DNA of 35,504 nucleotides, taken from the NCBI GenBank assembly GCA_013203755.1, contig JABMPI010000636.1, positions 1 through 35,504 on the forward strand. Reading direction: 5' to 3'. This document shows positions 10,320-19,458 of this stretch, in pieces. The translations under genes were made by a program, and so were the position numbers. Below the pieces are notes generated by a model. It was not told the DNA's origin, made no database searches, and saw only the letters and a list, made by a program, of their open reading frames with translations. This DNA is from Bacteroidota bacterium (lineage in GTDB: Bacteria > Bacteroidota > Bacteroidia > Bacteroidales > Prolixibacteraceae). The first letter of the stretch is position 1; each line of letters opens with the position of its first letter.

Positions 10320-10359
10320 TCTTGTTTTGTGTCTTGATACTTGCTTCTTGAATCTAATT
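10320..10359 (+). repeat. Heptamer-periodic intergenic motif, copy 2
   Basis: tcttg-ttttgtg-tcttgat-acttgct-tcttgaa-tctaatt; aligns without gaps to 3301-3340. Confidence 0.75.
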
Positions 10360-10366
10360 TCAAAAT

Positions 10367-11497
10367 ATGAAAATAAAAAAAATAGAACCATTTATAGTTA
10401 CCCAGAAACTGAAAGAACCTTTTTATTTCTCTCAGTGGGAATACCAGTCGAGAATAATTTGTCTGGTAAAGGTTACTACCGATGAAGGTACTTATGGATG
10501 GGGAGAAGGTTACGGTCCTGCAAATTTGATAAAAGCCGGGATTGAGTTTTTTAACCAGTTTATATTGGGAATGGATGCGCTTGACCACGAAGTTGTTTGG
10601 CAACAAATGTACTTGCGGTCGCTGGATTATGCCCGGCGGGGAGTGATGTTAGCTGCTTTAAGCGCCATCGATATTGCTTTGTGGGACATTAAAGGGAAAC
10701 ATTTTGAACTGCCAATTTCTATTTTACTGGGAGGCCGAAAAAATGAATTTGTAAAACCTTACGCCACCGGATTATATTTTTCAAACGGAGGTGATTTGAA
10801 AGAAAAGTTAGTTAAGGAAGCACTTTTATACAAAGAGCAAGGGTTTAAAGGAATTAAAATGAAAGTGGGTTTGGGCATCGTAAAAGATGTTGAAATTACA
10901 ACTGCCGTTAAAAAAGCCATTGGCGATGAGGTGGAATTGATGATTGATTCCAATCATGCGTATTCATTAAAAGAGGCGCTCCAACTTTGTCATAAATTAA
11001 AAGATCTGGATATTTCCTGGTTCGAAGAACCGGTTTCTCCGGAGCATTACGATAGTTATCGTCAATTGCGCGAGAATACCCATATTCCCATTGCCGGTGG
11101 CGAATGTGAATATTTACGACATGGATTTTTGCAACTTTTTCAAAATAAATCGGTGGATATTGCCCAGCCCGATATTTGTGCAGCTGGTGGTATTACCGAG
11201 GTAAAAAGAATCGCAAACATGGCCAACACTTTTGGCGTTGAAATCGTTCCTCACAGTTGGGGAACTGGTATTGCTTTACATGCTGCGTTACATTTAATTT
11301 CAAACCTCGATTCTAATCCGGGAAGAATGTATGATTCTTTGCCATGGATGGAATTAGATAGAACAGAAAATGCACTTAGAGATGAACTGACAGTACCCCT
11401 AATTATACCGGAAAATGGTTTGCTAAAAGTTCCTGAACTGCCCGGATTAGGTGTGGATGTTAATGAAGAGTTACTTGGGAAATATCGAATTGATTAG
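10367..11497 (+). CDS. dauB: Mandelate racemase/enolase-superfamily enzyme, probable 3,6-anhydro-galactonate cycloisomerase
   Basis: SAIDIALWDIKGK, KMKVG (KxK), MIDSN, WFEEP, GGECE metal ligands, PHSWG. Context next to the dauA-like gene. Confidence 0.8.
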   Translation: MKIKKIEPFIVTQKLKEPFYFSQWEYQSRIICLVKVTTDEGTYGWGEGYGPANLIKAGIEFFNQFILGMDALDHEVVWQQMYLRSLDYARRGVMLAALSAIDIALWDIKGKHFELPISILLGGRKNEFVKPYATGLYFSNGGDLKEKLVKEALLYKEQGFKGIKMKVGLGIVKDVEITTAVKKAIGDEVELMIDSNHAYSLKEALQLCHKLKDLDISWFEEPVSPEHYDSYRQLRENTHIPIAGGECEYLRHGFLQLFQNKSVDIAQPDICAAGGITEVKRIANMANTFGVEIVPHSWGTGIALHAALHLISNLDSNPGRMYDSLPWMELDRTENALRDELTVPLIIPENGLLKVPELPGLGVDVNEELLGKYRID

Positions 11498-11516
11498 TAA
11501 AAAATAGAAGGTTTAA

Positions 11517-14456
11517 ATGAAACGAACAAATAAATTTATCTGGATATTGTCATTGATATTAATTTCGATGTCACTGCTTGCACAACAAAATACAGACCCA
11601 AGCCAGTTGTCTCTTGACGGAAGTTGGGAAATTATTTTCGATGACAAAAATGAAGGTGTAGAAAACGCCTGGCATATAAATAAAAACTACGAAACCCATC
11701 AAAGGAAAAGGGAAATCGAAGTCCCCAGCTGTTGGGAAGAGTTCGAAAAAAACTACGAAGGGGTAGCTTTCTATCGCAAAAAATTTACACTCCCTGAATC
11801 GTGGGAAGGACAAATTATCGATTTAAAATTCGAAGCATCGAACTACATGACACAGGTTTGGCTAAACGAACAAGTAGTAGGTTTCCACGAAGGTGGTTAC
11901 ACTCCCTTTAGCTTCCGTATTGATAAACTGACGAAACCCGGTGAAGAAAACACTCTAACCGTTCGTGTAATCAGCCCAATAATTCTTGCCGATAAAAGAA
12001 TCGATGGACTTGGCCGTCAGGAAGTGCCCATGTGGCGTGGTGCTATTACAGGTGGAATCTGGCAGTCGGTAAGTATTGAAGCATCAGGTTCTGTACGGTT
12101 TACCGATGTTTTTCTTGAGCCAAACATTCACAACAATACCGCAACTTCTAATATCGAAATAGAGAATGTAGAAACCGGAATCAGTAACTCCGAAGTGAGT
12201 ATAAAAATCCTTTCAAAAGATGGAAAACAAGTAGCAACTCAAAAAGTGGAAGTTGAAGTTCAACCGGGAAAAAATCATTTAAAATACGAGCTGAAAATTC
12301 CGGATGCAGAATACTGGTCGATGGGCAATCCGTATTTGTATAAAGCTGAAATTGAAATCAATACCAACGGAATGGTTTCAGACGAATGGTCGGCAAAATT
12401 TGGAATGCGCGAGTTTTCTGTTAAAGATGACAAGTTTACTTTAAACGGAAAGTCCATGTATCTAAAAGCCTGCTTTTTTGAAGGTTTGTACCCCGTTAAA
12501 CTGGCATACCCCGACAGCAAGGAAATGGCTATAAAAGAAATTACTTTGGCAAAAGAAGCCGGCTTTAACATGATTCGCCCATGGAGAAAACCAGCCCCTC
12601 CAATGTGGTTGGATTTATGTGATTCAATTGGTGTTTTAACTGTTGGTAGTTTGGTGACTGAATGTATGCATCGTCCAATATCAACGCCGCGTTTACCATT
12701 TGTTGTTGAAAACGAAGTTCGCAAAACTATTCTCGCTAACCGCAACCGAACTTGTATTGTACAATGGGAACTATTTAATGAAATAAACCGTCCCATACTT
12801 GCCCAAATGTTAAATTCTATGTCGTTACTTGCTCGTGAGCTAGATCCTACCCGAATGATTTTAGATGAATCAGGAGGATGGGGGGAAGGTGCAAATGTCT
12901 ATTTGCCATACCAACGAACACCAATCAAATTCAACGATATTCATCATTATAGTGGCTCGCAGATACACGAAAAAGAATACAATGGTTATCTGGCAATAGC
13001 CAAAACCAAGAAAGAAATTGAGGAGTATAAACTTGGTGATGCCAAAGGTTACGGTAAAAACGTGCTCACAGGTAAAATGTCGTATGTTTCCGAATTAGGT
13101 TATGGAAGTTCGCCGGATCTAAGCATCAATAATCTTCTGTTTGAAGAAAAAGGAAATCCAATAGTTTCACCAACTATTTACCACAAAAAAATGGAAAATG
13201 AAGCCAAAATTGCATTGGAGAAAACTGGGTTCAATAAAATATATCCAAACATTCAGGAGTTTTATCTGGAACAACAAAAAATGCATGGAATTGCCAATAA
13301 AAGAATTATTGAAGCAACCCGAAGTAATTCGAGCATAGCAGGTTATTGTGTTCACGCACTGGTTGGTGGCGACTGGGTAATTGGAGCCGGTTTGCTTGAT
13401 TTATGGAGAAACCCAAAAACATTGGTTTATGATTTAACCAAAGCTGCCAGTCAAGAACAAATTGTAGCTATTCGTATTCTTCCTCGTAATATTTATGCTG
13501 AAAAGGGTGGAAAACTCGAGATAACAGGAATTAGTGAATTGGAAACCGAAGCTGCCAATATTTCAATAAAAATAAAATCAGAAAAAGGGAAAACAGTTTA
13601 CAGTAAAACATTAAATCAGGATTTTGAACATGGTATTTCGAAATTATTTAAGGACGATTTACAAACTGAAAAATTAAAAGGAAATTATTCGGTTGAAGTT
13701 CGCGTTACCGATAAATTGGGGAAACTAATTACTGCAAATTCTCAGCCATTCGATGTATTTATACAAAAACAATTGGTGGCCCCAAAAACAAAAATTGCGG
13801 TTGTCGACCCGGCAAATACTTTGGTTCCTTTTCTTAAAAATAGAAACATTGAATTTGTTCAATTTTCTTCTGAAACAGATAAAAATACAGTGGTAATAGT
13901 TGGACAGGCTAACCTTAAAAATCCAAAATATAAACAGCAGGTTGAAGCTGTTAAAGAATTTGTGAAAAAAGGCGGTTATGCAGTTTTACTTGAAGTTCCG
14001 GGGAAACCAATTAAAAGATTACATATTGGAGGCGAACTAAATGAAGTTAAACCCGATGCTTTACCTTTTGGTGCAGAACTTCATTCACCATGGGTAACGC
14101 TGGGAGGTTGGGCCGGCAAACCACACATTGTTACCGATCATCCTGTTTTTAAAGGATTACCAACAGAAATGATCATGTATGGCGTGTATGAAAATGTTCA
14201 TCCAAAAACTTCCATGTCGAAGCAAAAAGGGAAATACATAGCAGGATTAATTGGATACGATCACTTTCCTAAAATGGATATAATGATTCGCCATTACAAT
14301 GGTCCCGGTGAAACATGGTGGGCTGCTGATGTTCTGGAAGCGGAAATTGGTAATGGCAAAATGCTACTTTCAACTTTGGATATTCTAAGCCATTTAGGTA
14401 AAGACCCAGTGGCTGAAAAGATACTTTATAATATGATTAATTTTGCTTCAAAGTAA
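11517..14456 (+). CDS. GH2 glycoside hydrolase (probable beta-galactosidase) with long C-terminal extension
   Basis: Signal peptide; SLDGSW, HEGGYTPF, GGIWQSV, FGMREF, GFNMIR, WELFNE (acid/base), VSELGYG (probable nucleophile). Confidence 0.88.
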   Translation: MKRTNKFIWILSLILISMSLLAQQNTDPSQLSLDGSWEIIFDDKNEGVENAWHINKNYETHQRKREIEVPSCWEEFEKNYEGVAFYRKKFTLPESWEGQIIDLKFEASNYMTQVWLNEQVVGFHEGGYTPFSFRIDKLTKPGEENTLTVRVISPIILADKRIDGLGRQEVPMWRGAITGGIWQSVSIEASGSVRFTDVFLEPNIHNNTATSNIEIENVETGISNSEVSIKILSKDGKQVATQKVEVEVQPGKNHLKYELKIPDAEYWSMGNPYLYKAEIEINTNGMVSDEWSAKFGMREFSVKDDKFTLNGKSMYLKACFFEGLYPVKLAYPDSKEMAIKEITLAKEAGFNMIRPWRKPAPPMWLDLCDSIGVLTVGSLVTECMHRPISTPRLPFVVENEVRKTILANRNRTCIVQWELFNEINRPILAQMLNSMSLLARELDPTRMILDESGGWGEGANVYLPYQRTPIKFNDIHHYSGSQIHEKEYNGYLAIAKTKKEIEEYKLGDAKGYGKNVLTGKMSYVSELGYGSSPDLSINNLLFEEKGNPIVSPTIYHKKMENEAKIALEKTGFNKIYPNIQEFYLEQQKMHGIANKRIIEATRSNSSIAGYCVHALVGGDWVIGAGLLDLWRNPKTLVYDLTKAASQEQIVAIRILPRNIYAEKGGKLEITGISELETEAANISIKIKSEKGKTVYSKTLNQDFEHGISKLFKDDLQTEKLKGNYSVEVRVTDKLGKLITANSQPFDVFIQKQLVAPKTKIAVVDPANTLVPFLKNRNIEFVQFSSETDKNTVVIVGQANLKNPKYKQQVEAVKEFVKKGGYAVLLEVPGKPIKRLHIGGELNEVKPDALPFGAELHSPWVTLGGWAGKPHIVTDHPVFKGLPTEMIMYGVYENVHPKTSMSKQKGKYIAGLIGYDHFPKMDIMIRHYNGPGETWWAADVLEAEIGNGKMLLSTLDILSHLGKDPVAEKILYNMINFASK

Positions 14457-14461
14457 TAAAT

Positions 14462-17074
14462 ATGTATTATTTCAAATCTGGTTCTCCAATTTCAAAATTG
14501 TGTTTTGTTGGCATAATTCTGTTTTTGTCTTTATTTATTCAAGCAAGTGAAACTAAAATAAATGAAAAGGTAAAGGGCATTTGGTTTGGATCTAATGAAT
14601 GGGATATTCCGGCTCATAAGTTAAATGCAACATGGATTTGGAATGATGAGAGCCTCGAAGCAAAGGCTATTTTAGTCAGGAAAACATTTTCTCTTTGGAA
14701 GTTACCTGAAAAAGCAATACTTCGTATCACAGCTTCTTCTCAATATCAGCTTTATGTGAATGGGCAATATGTTTGTCGGGGTCCGGCACGTTGTGCTCCT
14801 CACCATCAGTCCTACGACATTCTTGATATTACCGGACTTTTAATAACAGGAAAGAATCTTCTGGCAATTCGGGTACACCACCAGGATGGAAAAAGGTCGT
14901 ATCAGTATGAAGGAAGAGCAGGATTACAGGCACAGTTATCACTTGAAAACGGGATTACCAGAACCATTTATGGAAGTAATTCAAGTTGGAAAGTAACAAC
15001 GGATCCATCATGGGATAACAATGCTCCGGTAATTAGCCGTTTTCAGCAGGTGGTGAATGACAGGGTAGATTTCCGTGAGTACCAGAATGGATGGGTAGAA
15101 ACTGATTTTGACGACTCAAAATGGCAAAAGGCAACACCACTTATGCGAAACGTGGGTTGGCCCTCTCCAGAAAAAAATGCAAAGGCACAAGCTTTAACAC
15201 CGCCGTGGACTTCTTTGATTCCGCGCGATATTCCGTATATGATTGAAAAAAATATTCGGGCTGCAAATTTAATTGAAGCCATTCAAATTAAAGATGAGCC
15301 GTTTAAATCGATTGCACTTACTGGTCAAATAGATGAAGTATTTACAAAGGATTTGAATAATTATCAAAGTGCAAAAAGTCCTTTGATAATTCCTGCGTCC
15401 GATTCACCCAAAACCTGGTTTCTTTTGTTCGATTTCGGTGAAATAAAAAATGGAATGCCAAAACTCGATATTCAGGGAACAGAAGGAACCATAATTGATA
15501 TTGTTTGCGCCCCGTTTATTGTAGATGAAAAATTCACACACAAAATTGTTGATTCTGAATTGTTGGATAAAATTGTATTGTCAGGGAAAAGAGATAACTG
15601 GGAAGCGACTTATTTTAAACCAACACGTTATTTGGGTCTTGTAATCAGAAGTGGAAAAGAGCCACTTAAAATTTATTCTGCTGGAATTCATCAAATTCAA
15701 TATCCTTTTAAAGAGGATGGTTTAATGAAATCGGACGACGCTTCGTGGGTTGAAAATTATTTTGACGCCACTGCAAAAACAATCAATGTTTGCACTATCG
15801 ATGCTTTTACAGATAATTACCGCGAGCGCCGGCAATACGCACAGGCCGGATACTATGGAGCGCTGGGGAATTACTGGATTTTTGGAGATTACTCCTTGCA
15901 ACGCCGTTATTTGGTGCAGGTTTCACAGGAGCAGCAAGCTAATGGAATAATGCCCGCTTACGCTCCGGCTGCCGGTAACGATTATATGGTAATTATGGAT
16001 TCCAACTGTTTGTGGATTCGTAGTTTGCGTAATTATTTGTTGTATTCGGGCGATAAACATACGGTAAAAGAACTGCTTCCGGCTGCAAAAAAGTTGATGG
16101 CTTTGTTGCACAGCTACACCAATTCTCTACGAATGATTGACAATCCTCCTTACGCATATTGGTTAGACCATGCATTAAACGACCGACAGGGAGCAAACTT
16201 CAATTTAAACGGCCATTATTTGGGCGCACTTGAAGATTTTGCACAAGTTTTAGATTGGTTAAATGAATCGGGAGGTGATGAATTTCAAGCTCGTGCCAAA
16301 GAACTTCGTCAATCGCTTCAAACACATTTGTGGGACAACGAAAAACAACTTTTTGCTGATGCATTAATTGATGGGAAACGTTCAGATATGTTTAGCGAAC
16401 ACGCTAATGCAATGGCACTGGCTATGAATGTAGCCACAACAGAACAAGCAAAAAAAGTAGCTGAACAACTGCTTGCAAAAGATAACCACAACTTTATAAA
16501 AAGAGAATCGGGAATTACAACGGTCACTCCGGCAATGTCCTATTTTTTGCATAAAGGACTATGTAATTACGGATTTATCGATGAATCGTTTGTGATGTTC
16601 TGCTTGCGCTTTGATAAAATGCTTGATTCAAAAACAAATGGAACCTTGTGGGAAGAGTGGTGGCGCGATGCCATGGGACGAACAGGAAAATTGCAAAAAG
16701 GAAGAACGCGCAGCGACGCACAAACTGAAACTGCATTTCCTCCAGCCCTATTTGCTGAATATCTTTTGGGAGTTCAACCAACTCAGCCCGGAATGAAAGA
16801 GATTGAGATATCTCGTTGCTCAACAGAACTTAAAAATATTGAAAGTAAAATTCCAACACCCGAAGGAATTCTTCAGGTAAAGTGGAATTTTAATAAAAAT
16901 GGAGGTGAATTGAAATTAGATATTCCAGGAGAAATGACGGTGAAATTGAATTTGGAAAGTTTGGGAGTTAAAGAAGGAAAACAAATTGTGTTGAATGGAA
17001 AAACACTGGATTCAAATTTGCAAAGTGAACCATTTTTAAAACTTTCAAAAGGAAAACAAAATATCGAATTCTAG
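14462..17074 (+). CDS. GH78 (alpha-L-rhamnosidase)-like (alpha/alpha)6 glycoside hydrolase, divergent
   Basis: Signal peptide; ITASSQYQLYVNG..V.RGP N-domain, LLFDFGE, TDNYRERRQY, TLWEEW, LLGVQP..PG, IPTPEG...VKW C-domain. Confidence 0.75.
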   Translation: MYYFKSGSPISKLCFVGIILFLSLFIQASETKINEKVKGIWFGSNEWDIPAHKLNATWIWNDESLEAKAILVRKTFSLWKLPEKAILRITASSQYQLYVNGQYVCRGPARCAPHHQSYDILDITGLLITGKNLLAIRVHHQDGKRSYQYEGRAGLQAQLSLENGITRTIYGSNSSWKVTTDPSWDNNAPVISRFQQVVNDRVDFREYQNGWVETDFDDSKWQKATPLMRNVGWPSPEKNAKAQALTPPWTSLIPRDIPYMIEKNIRAANLIEAIQIKDEPFKSIALTGQIDEVFTKDLNNYQSAKSPLIIPASDSPKTWFLLFDFGEIKNGMPKLDIQGTEGTIIDIVCAPFIVDEKFTHKIVDSELLDKIVLSGKRDNWEATYFKPTRYLGLVIRSGKEPLKIYSAGIHQIQYPFKEDGLMKSDDASWVENYFDATAKTINVCTIDAFTDNYRERRQYAQAGYYGALGNYWIFGDYSLQRRYLVQVSQEQQANGIMPAYAPAAGNDYMVIMDSNCLWIRSLRNYLLYSGDKHTVKELLPAAKKLMALLHSYTNSLRMIDNPPYAYWLDHALNDRQGANFNLNGHYLGALEDFAQVLDWLNESGGDEFQARAKELRQSLQTHLWDNEKQLFADALIDGKRSDMFSEHANAMALAMNVATTEQAKKVAEQLLAKDNHNFIKRESGITTVTPAMSYFLHKGLCNYGFIDESFVMFCLRFDKMLDSKTNGTLWEEWWRDAMGRTGKLQKGRTRSDAQTETAFPPALFAEYLLGVQPTQPGMKEIEISRCSTELKNIESKIPTPEGILQVKWNFNKNGGELKLDIPGEMTVKLNLESLGVKEGKQIVLNGKTLDSNLQSEPFLKLSKGKQNIEF

Positions 17075-17108
17075 AGATATGAAAAGACAATGATTATTAT
17101 AAAAAATC

Positions 17109-17132
17109 CTTTGCGTCTCTGCGTCTTTGCGG
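17109..17132 (+). repeat. Octamer tandem repeat (ctYtgcgK) x3
   Basis: ctttgcgt-ctctgcgt-ctttgcgg, flanked by A-runs. Confidence 0.65.
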
Positions 17133-17147
17133 TAAAAAAATAAACAA

Positions 17148-19433
17148 ATGAAACAACTTTCTCAGTACATCAAGAAAATAATCCTAATCTCAGTTTTGAG
17201 TATCGGACTATTAAATATTACTTCTGCCCAAATCAACCAAATTTTGGAAGCCGAAGCCGCAACACTTCAAGGCACAGCGCAGATAGCTACTTGTACAAAT
17301 GCTTCTGGTGGTGAAATGGTAAAAGGGCTGGATAACGGTTCCGCTAATTCCCTGAAGTTTCAAAAAATGACTATTCCACAAACCGGAGATTACTTTGTTT
17401 TGTGTAGTTACTATTCGGTGAGCGAGAGGAGTATGACTTATCGGATAAATGAAGAGGCAGCGCAAACAAAATCGGTTTCTGCAACAGGTGGCTGGTGTTA
17501 TCAAGGGGGAGTACCGGACGATTTTATTTTTAAGGCAACATTGGTTGAAGGTGAAAACAGCCTGGTTTTTTACGATTCGCCGATTATTGACAAAATTGTT
17601 ATACTAACCGATACAACCGCTAGAAAAGCTTCTGCAATCTACATTAGTTCTTCAGCAGGTGACGATAATAAGGATGGATTAACCCCTGAAACTGCTTTTC
17701 AAACGCTCGCAAAAGTGAATTCACTTGAGCTGTTGCCGGGCGATTCACTGTTGTTCAAATCGGGCGATACTTTTGTTGGGAAATTGTCTGTCGTTAATGA
17801 AGGTGGCTCATCTGAAAAACCAATTTTAGTGAGCAATTTTAGTAATGGCGAAAATCCTGTTTTGGATGGCGATGGTTATCTATCCACTATTCACATTGTA
17901 AACAGCGGCTACCTGCATTTTTCAAACCTTGAAATAAAAAATAACGGTGGCGAGGCAAAACCGGGAGACTCTGAAGTTCTTAGGTACGGAATGTACATTG
18001 AGAATACGTTTACCGACGGGACTTCTTTTGAACACTATCGCTTAAATAATCTCACATTCAAAAATATTTACCCAACAATTGAAGTTACCGAAGATGATAA
18101 TACCGGTGTAAATGCGCATGCTATTATTACAAGTGGTTCGTGGGGCGATGATATTCATCCAACTCGTTTCGACGATATGACGATTGAAGGTTGCATTTTT
18201 ACCAGAACAGCCAGACATGCCACTTTTTTTAAGGCAGTTAATAATCTGGTCATAAAAAATAATCTTTTTGAACATGTTGGAGGTGCCGGAATGGTTATTG
18301 GAAACGGATGTACAAATATTCTGGTTGAAAACAATGTTACAAATTATACGGGGTCAAGTATTGATAACAGAATGGCCGGGCGTGGAAGTGGAATCTGGTG
18401 TTTTCATTCCAAAAATCTTACTGTTCAATACAATAAATTAATGCACGCCAAAGGGATTCACGATTCGTATGGAATGCACATTGATATTGGTAATAAAAAT
18501 GTAGTTTATCAGTACAACTACAGCGAAGACAACGAAGGTGGTTTTGTCGAAATTCTGGGAGAAAATGTAAATGTTGGTTATCGTTATAATTTAAGTGTTG
18601 GCGATGGTTGGCGTAAAAGAGGAAACCGATTTGGACAAATTTTTTGGTTGGCAGGATGGTCGGGAGACCCGCAAAATCCAATTGGCTCAGACAGTATTTT
18701 TGTGTACAACAATTCTGTTTATGTACGCGATTCCATTTCTCCGGGAATTTGGATTGAGGAGGTTTCTAAAAATGCCCGGATTTATAATAACATTATCAAT
18801 GTGACCAATGAATTTGGTCCGGTAATGATAAAAAACGATGCAAGTTTTAACGATTTTGATTACAACATTTGGTATGGAAATATTCCTGTAACAGACGAAA
18901 ATGGAAATGCTTATCGAGGTTCAAATGCATTGACTTCGAATCCTATGTATAAAGATGAGATTGTCGTTGATTCTTCAGGTTTTATTTTACAATCCGGAAG
19001 TCCGGCTCTTGGAGCGGGCAAGTTGATTTATAATTCCGGAGTTTCTTATACATTCGATTATTACGATAATCATGGAGGTTTAGATTTTTACCGGAATAGT
19101 GTTTCGAATACATCACCACCAAATATAGGGGCGTACAACGGAGAAGGTGTTGGAGTTAATGCTTTTAAGGGATTTAAACGCGATGAGTCTTTTAACTTAT
19201 ATCCCAATCCTGTGCGAACAGATCAATCCTTGAATGTCAAGATTTCATCTCATGTAAATGCTCGGGATTTAACCATTCAGGTGATCGATATAAACGGAAA
19301 AATCTGGATGGAAAAATCGTATCAACATCAAAATATAATTAGTTTCAGTACAAAAGATTTATCAAGGGGAAGTTACATGGTTAAAGTAAAGACAGATAAA
19401 TACAACGAGACTAAACAGTTGTTAGTATTTTAA
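17148..19433 (+). CDS. T9SS-secreted modular protein: CBM6/35-like domain + GH136-related beta-helix + Por secretion C-terminal domain
   Basis: ILEAEAATL.G.A...ASGGEMV (CBM6/35-like start); YISSSAGDDNKDGLTPETAFQTL, GRGSGIWCF, D-SYGMHI-D, QYNYSEDNEGGFVE; C-terminal FNLYPNPV...LSRGSYMVKV...KQLLVF. Confidence 0.85.
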   Translation: MKQLSQYIKKIILISVLSIGLLNITSAQINQILEAEAATLQGTAQIATCTNASGGEMVKGLDNGSANSLKFQKMTIPQTGDYFVLCSYYSVSERSMTYRINEEAAQTKSVSATGGWCYQGGVPDDFIFKATLVEGENSLVFYDSPIIDKIVILTDTTARKASAIYISSSAGDDNKDGLTPETAFQTLAKVNSLELLPGDSLLFKSGDTFVGKLSVVNEGGSSEKPILVSNFSNGENPVLDGDGYLSTIHIVNSGYLHFSNLEIKNNGGEAKPGDSEVLRYGMYIENTFTDGTSFEHYRLNNLTFKNIYPTIEVTEDDNTGVNAHAIITSGSWGDDIHPTRFDDMTIEGCIFTRTARHATFFKAVNNLVIKNNLFEHVGGAGMVIGNGCTNILVENNVTNYTGSSIDNRMAGRGSGIWCFHSKNLTVQYNKLMHAKGIHDSYGMHIDIGNKNVVYQYNYSEDNEGGFVEILGENVNVGYRYNLSVGDGWRKRGNRFGQIFWLAGWSGDPQNPIGSDSIFVYNNSVYVRDSISPGIWIEEVSKNARIYNNIINVTNEFGPVMIKNDASFNDFDYNIWYGNIPVTDENGNAYRGSNALTSNPMYKDEIVVDSSGFILQSGSPALGAGKLIYNSGVSYTFDYYDNHGGLDFYRNSVSNTSPPNIGAYNGEGVGVNAFKGFKRDESFNLYPNPVRTDQSLNVKISSHVNARDLTIQVIDINGKIWMEKSYQHQNIISFSTKDLSRGSYMVKVKTDKYNETKQLLVF

Positions 19434-19458
19434 AATCGTAATCAATAAAATATAGAAA

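Noticed and set aside
10140-10337. 65-aa ORF as the continuation of the permease
   Set aside because: Wrong frame; the hydrophobic continuation is in the frame ending at 10251.
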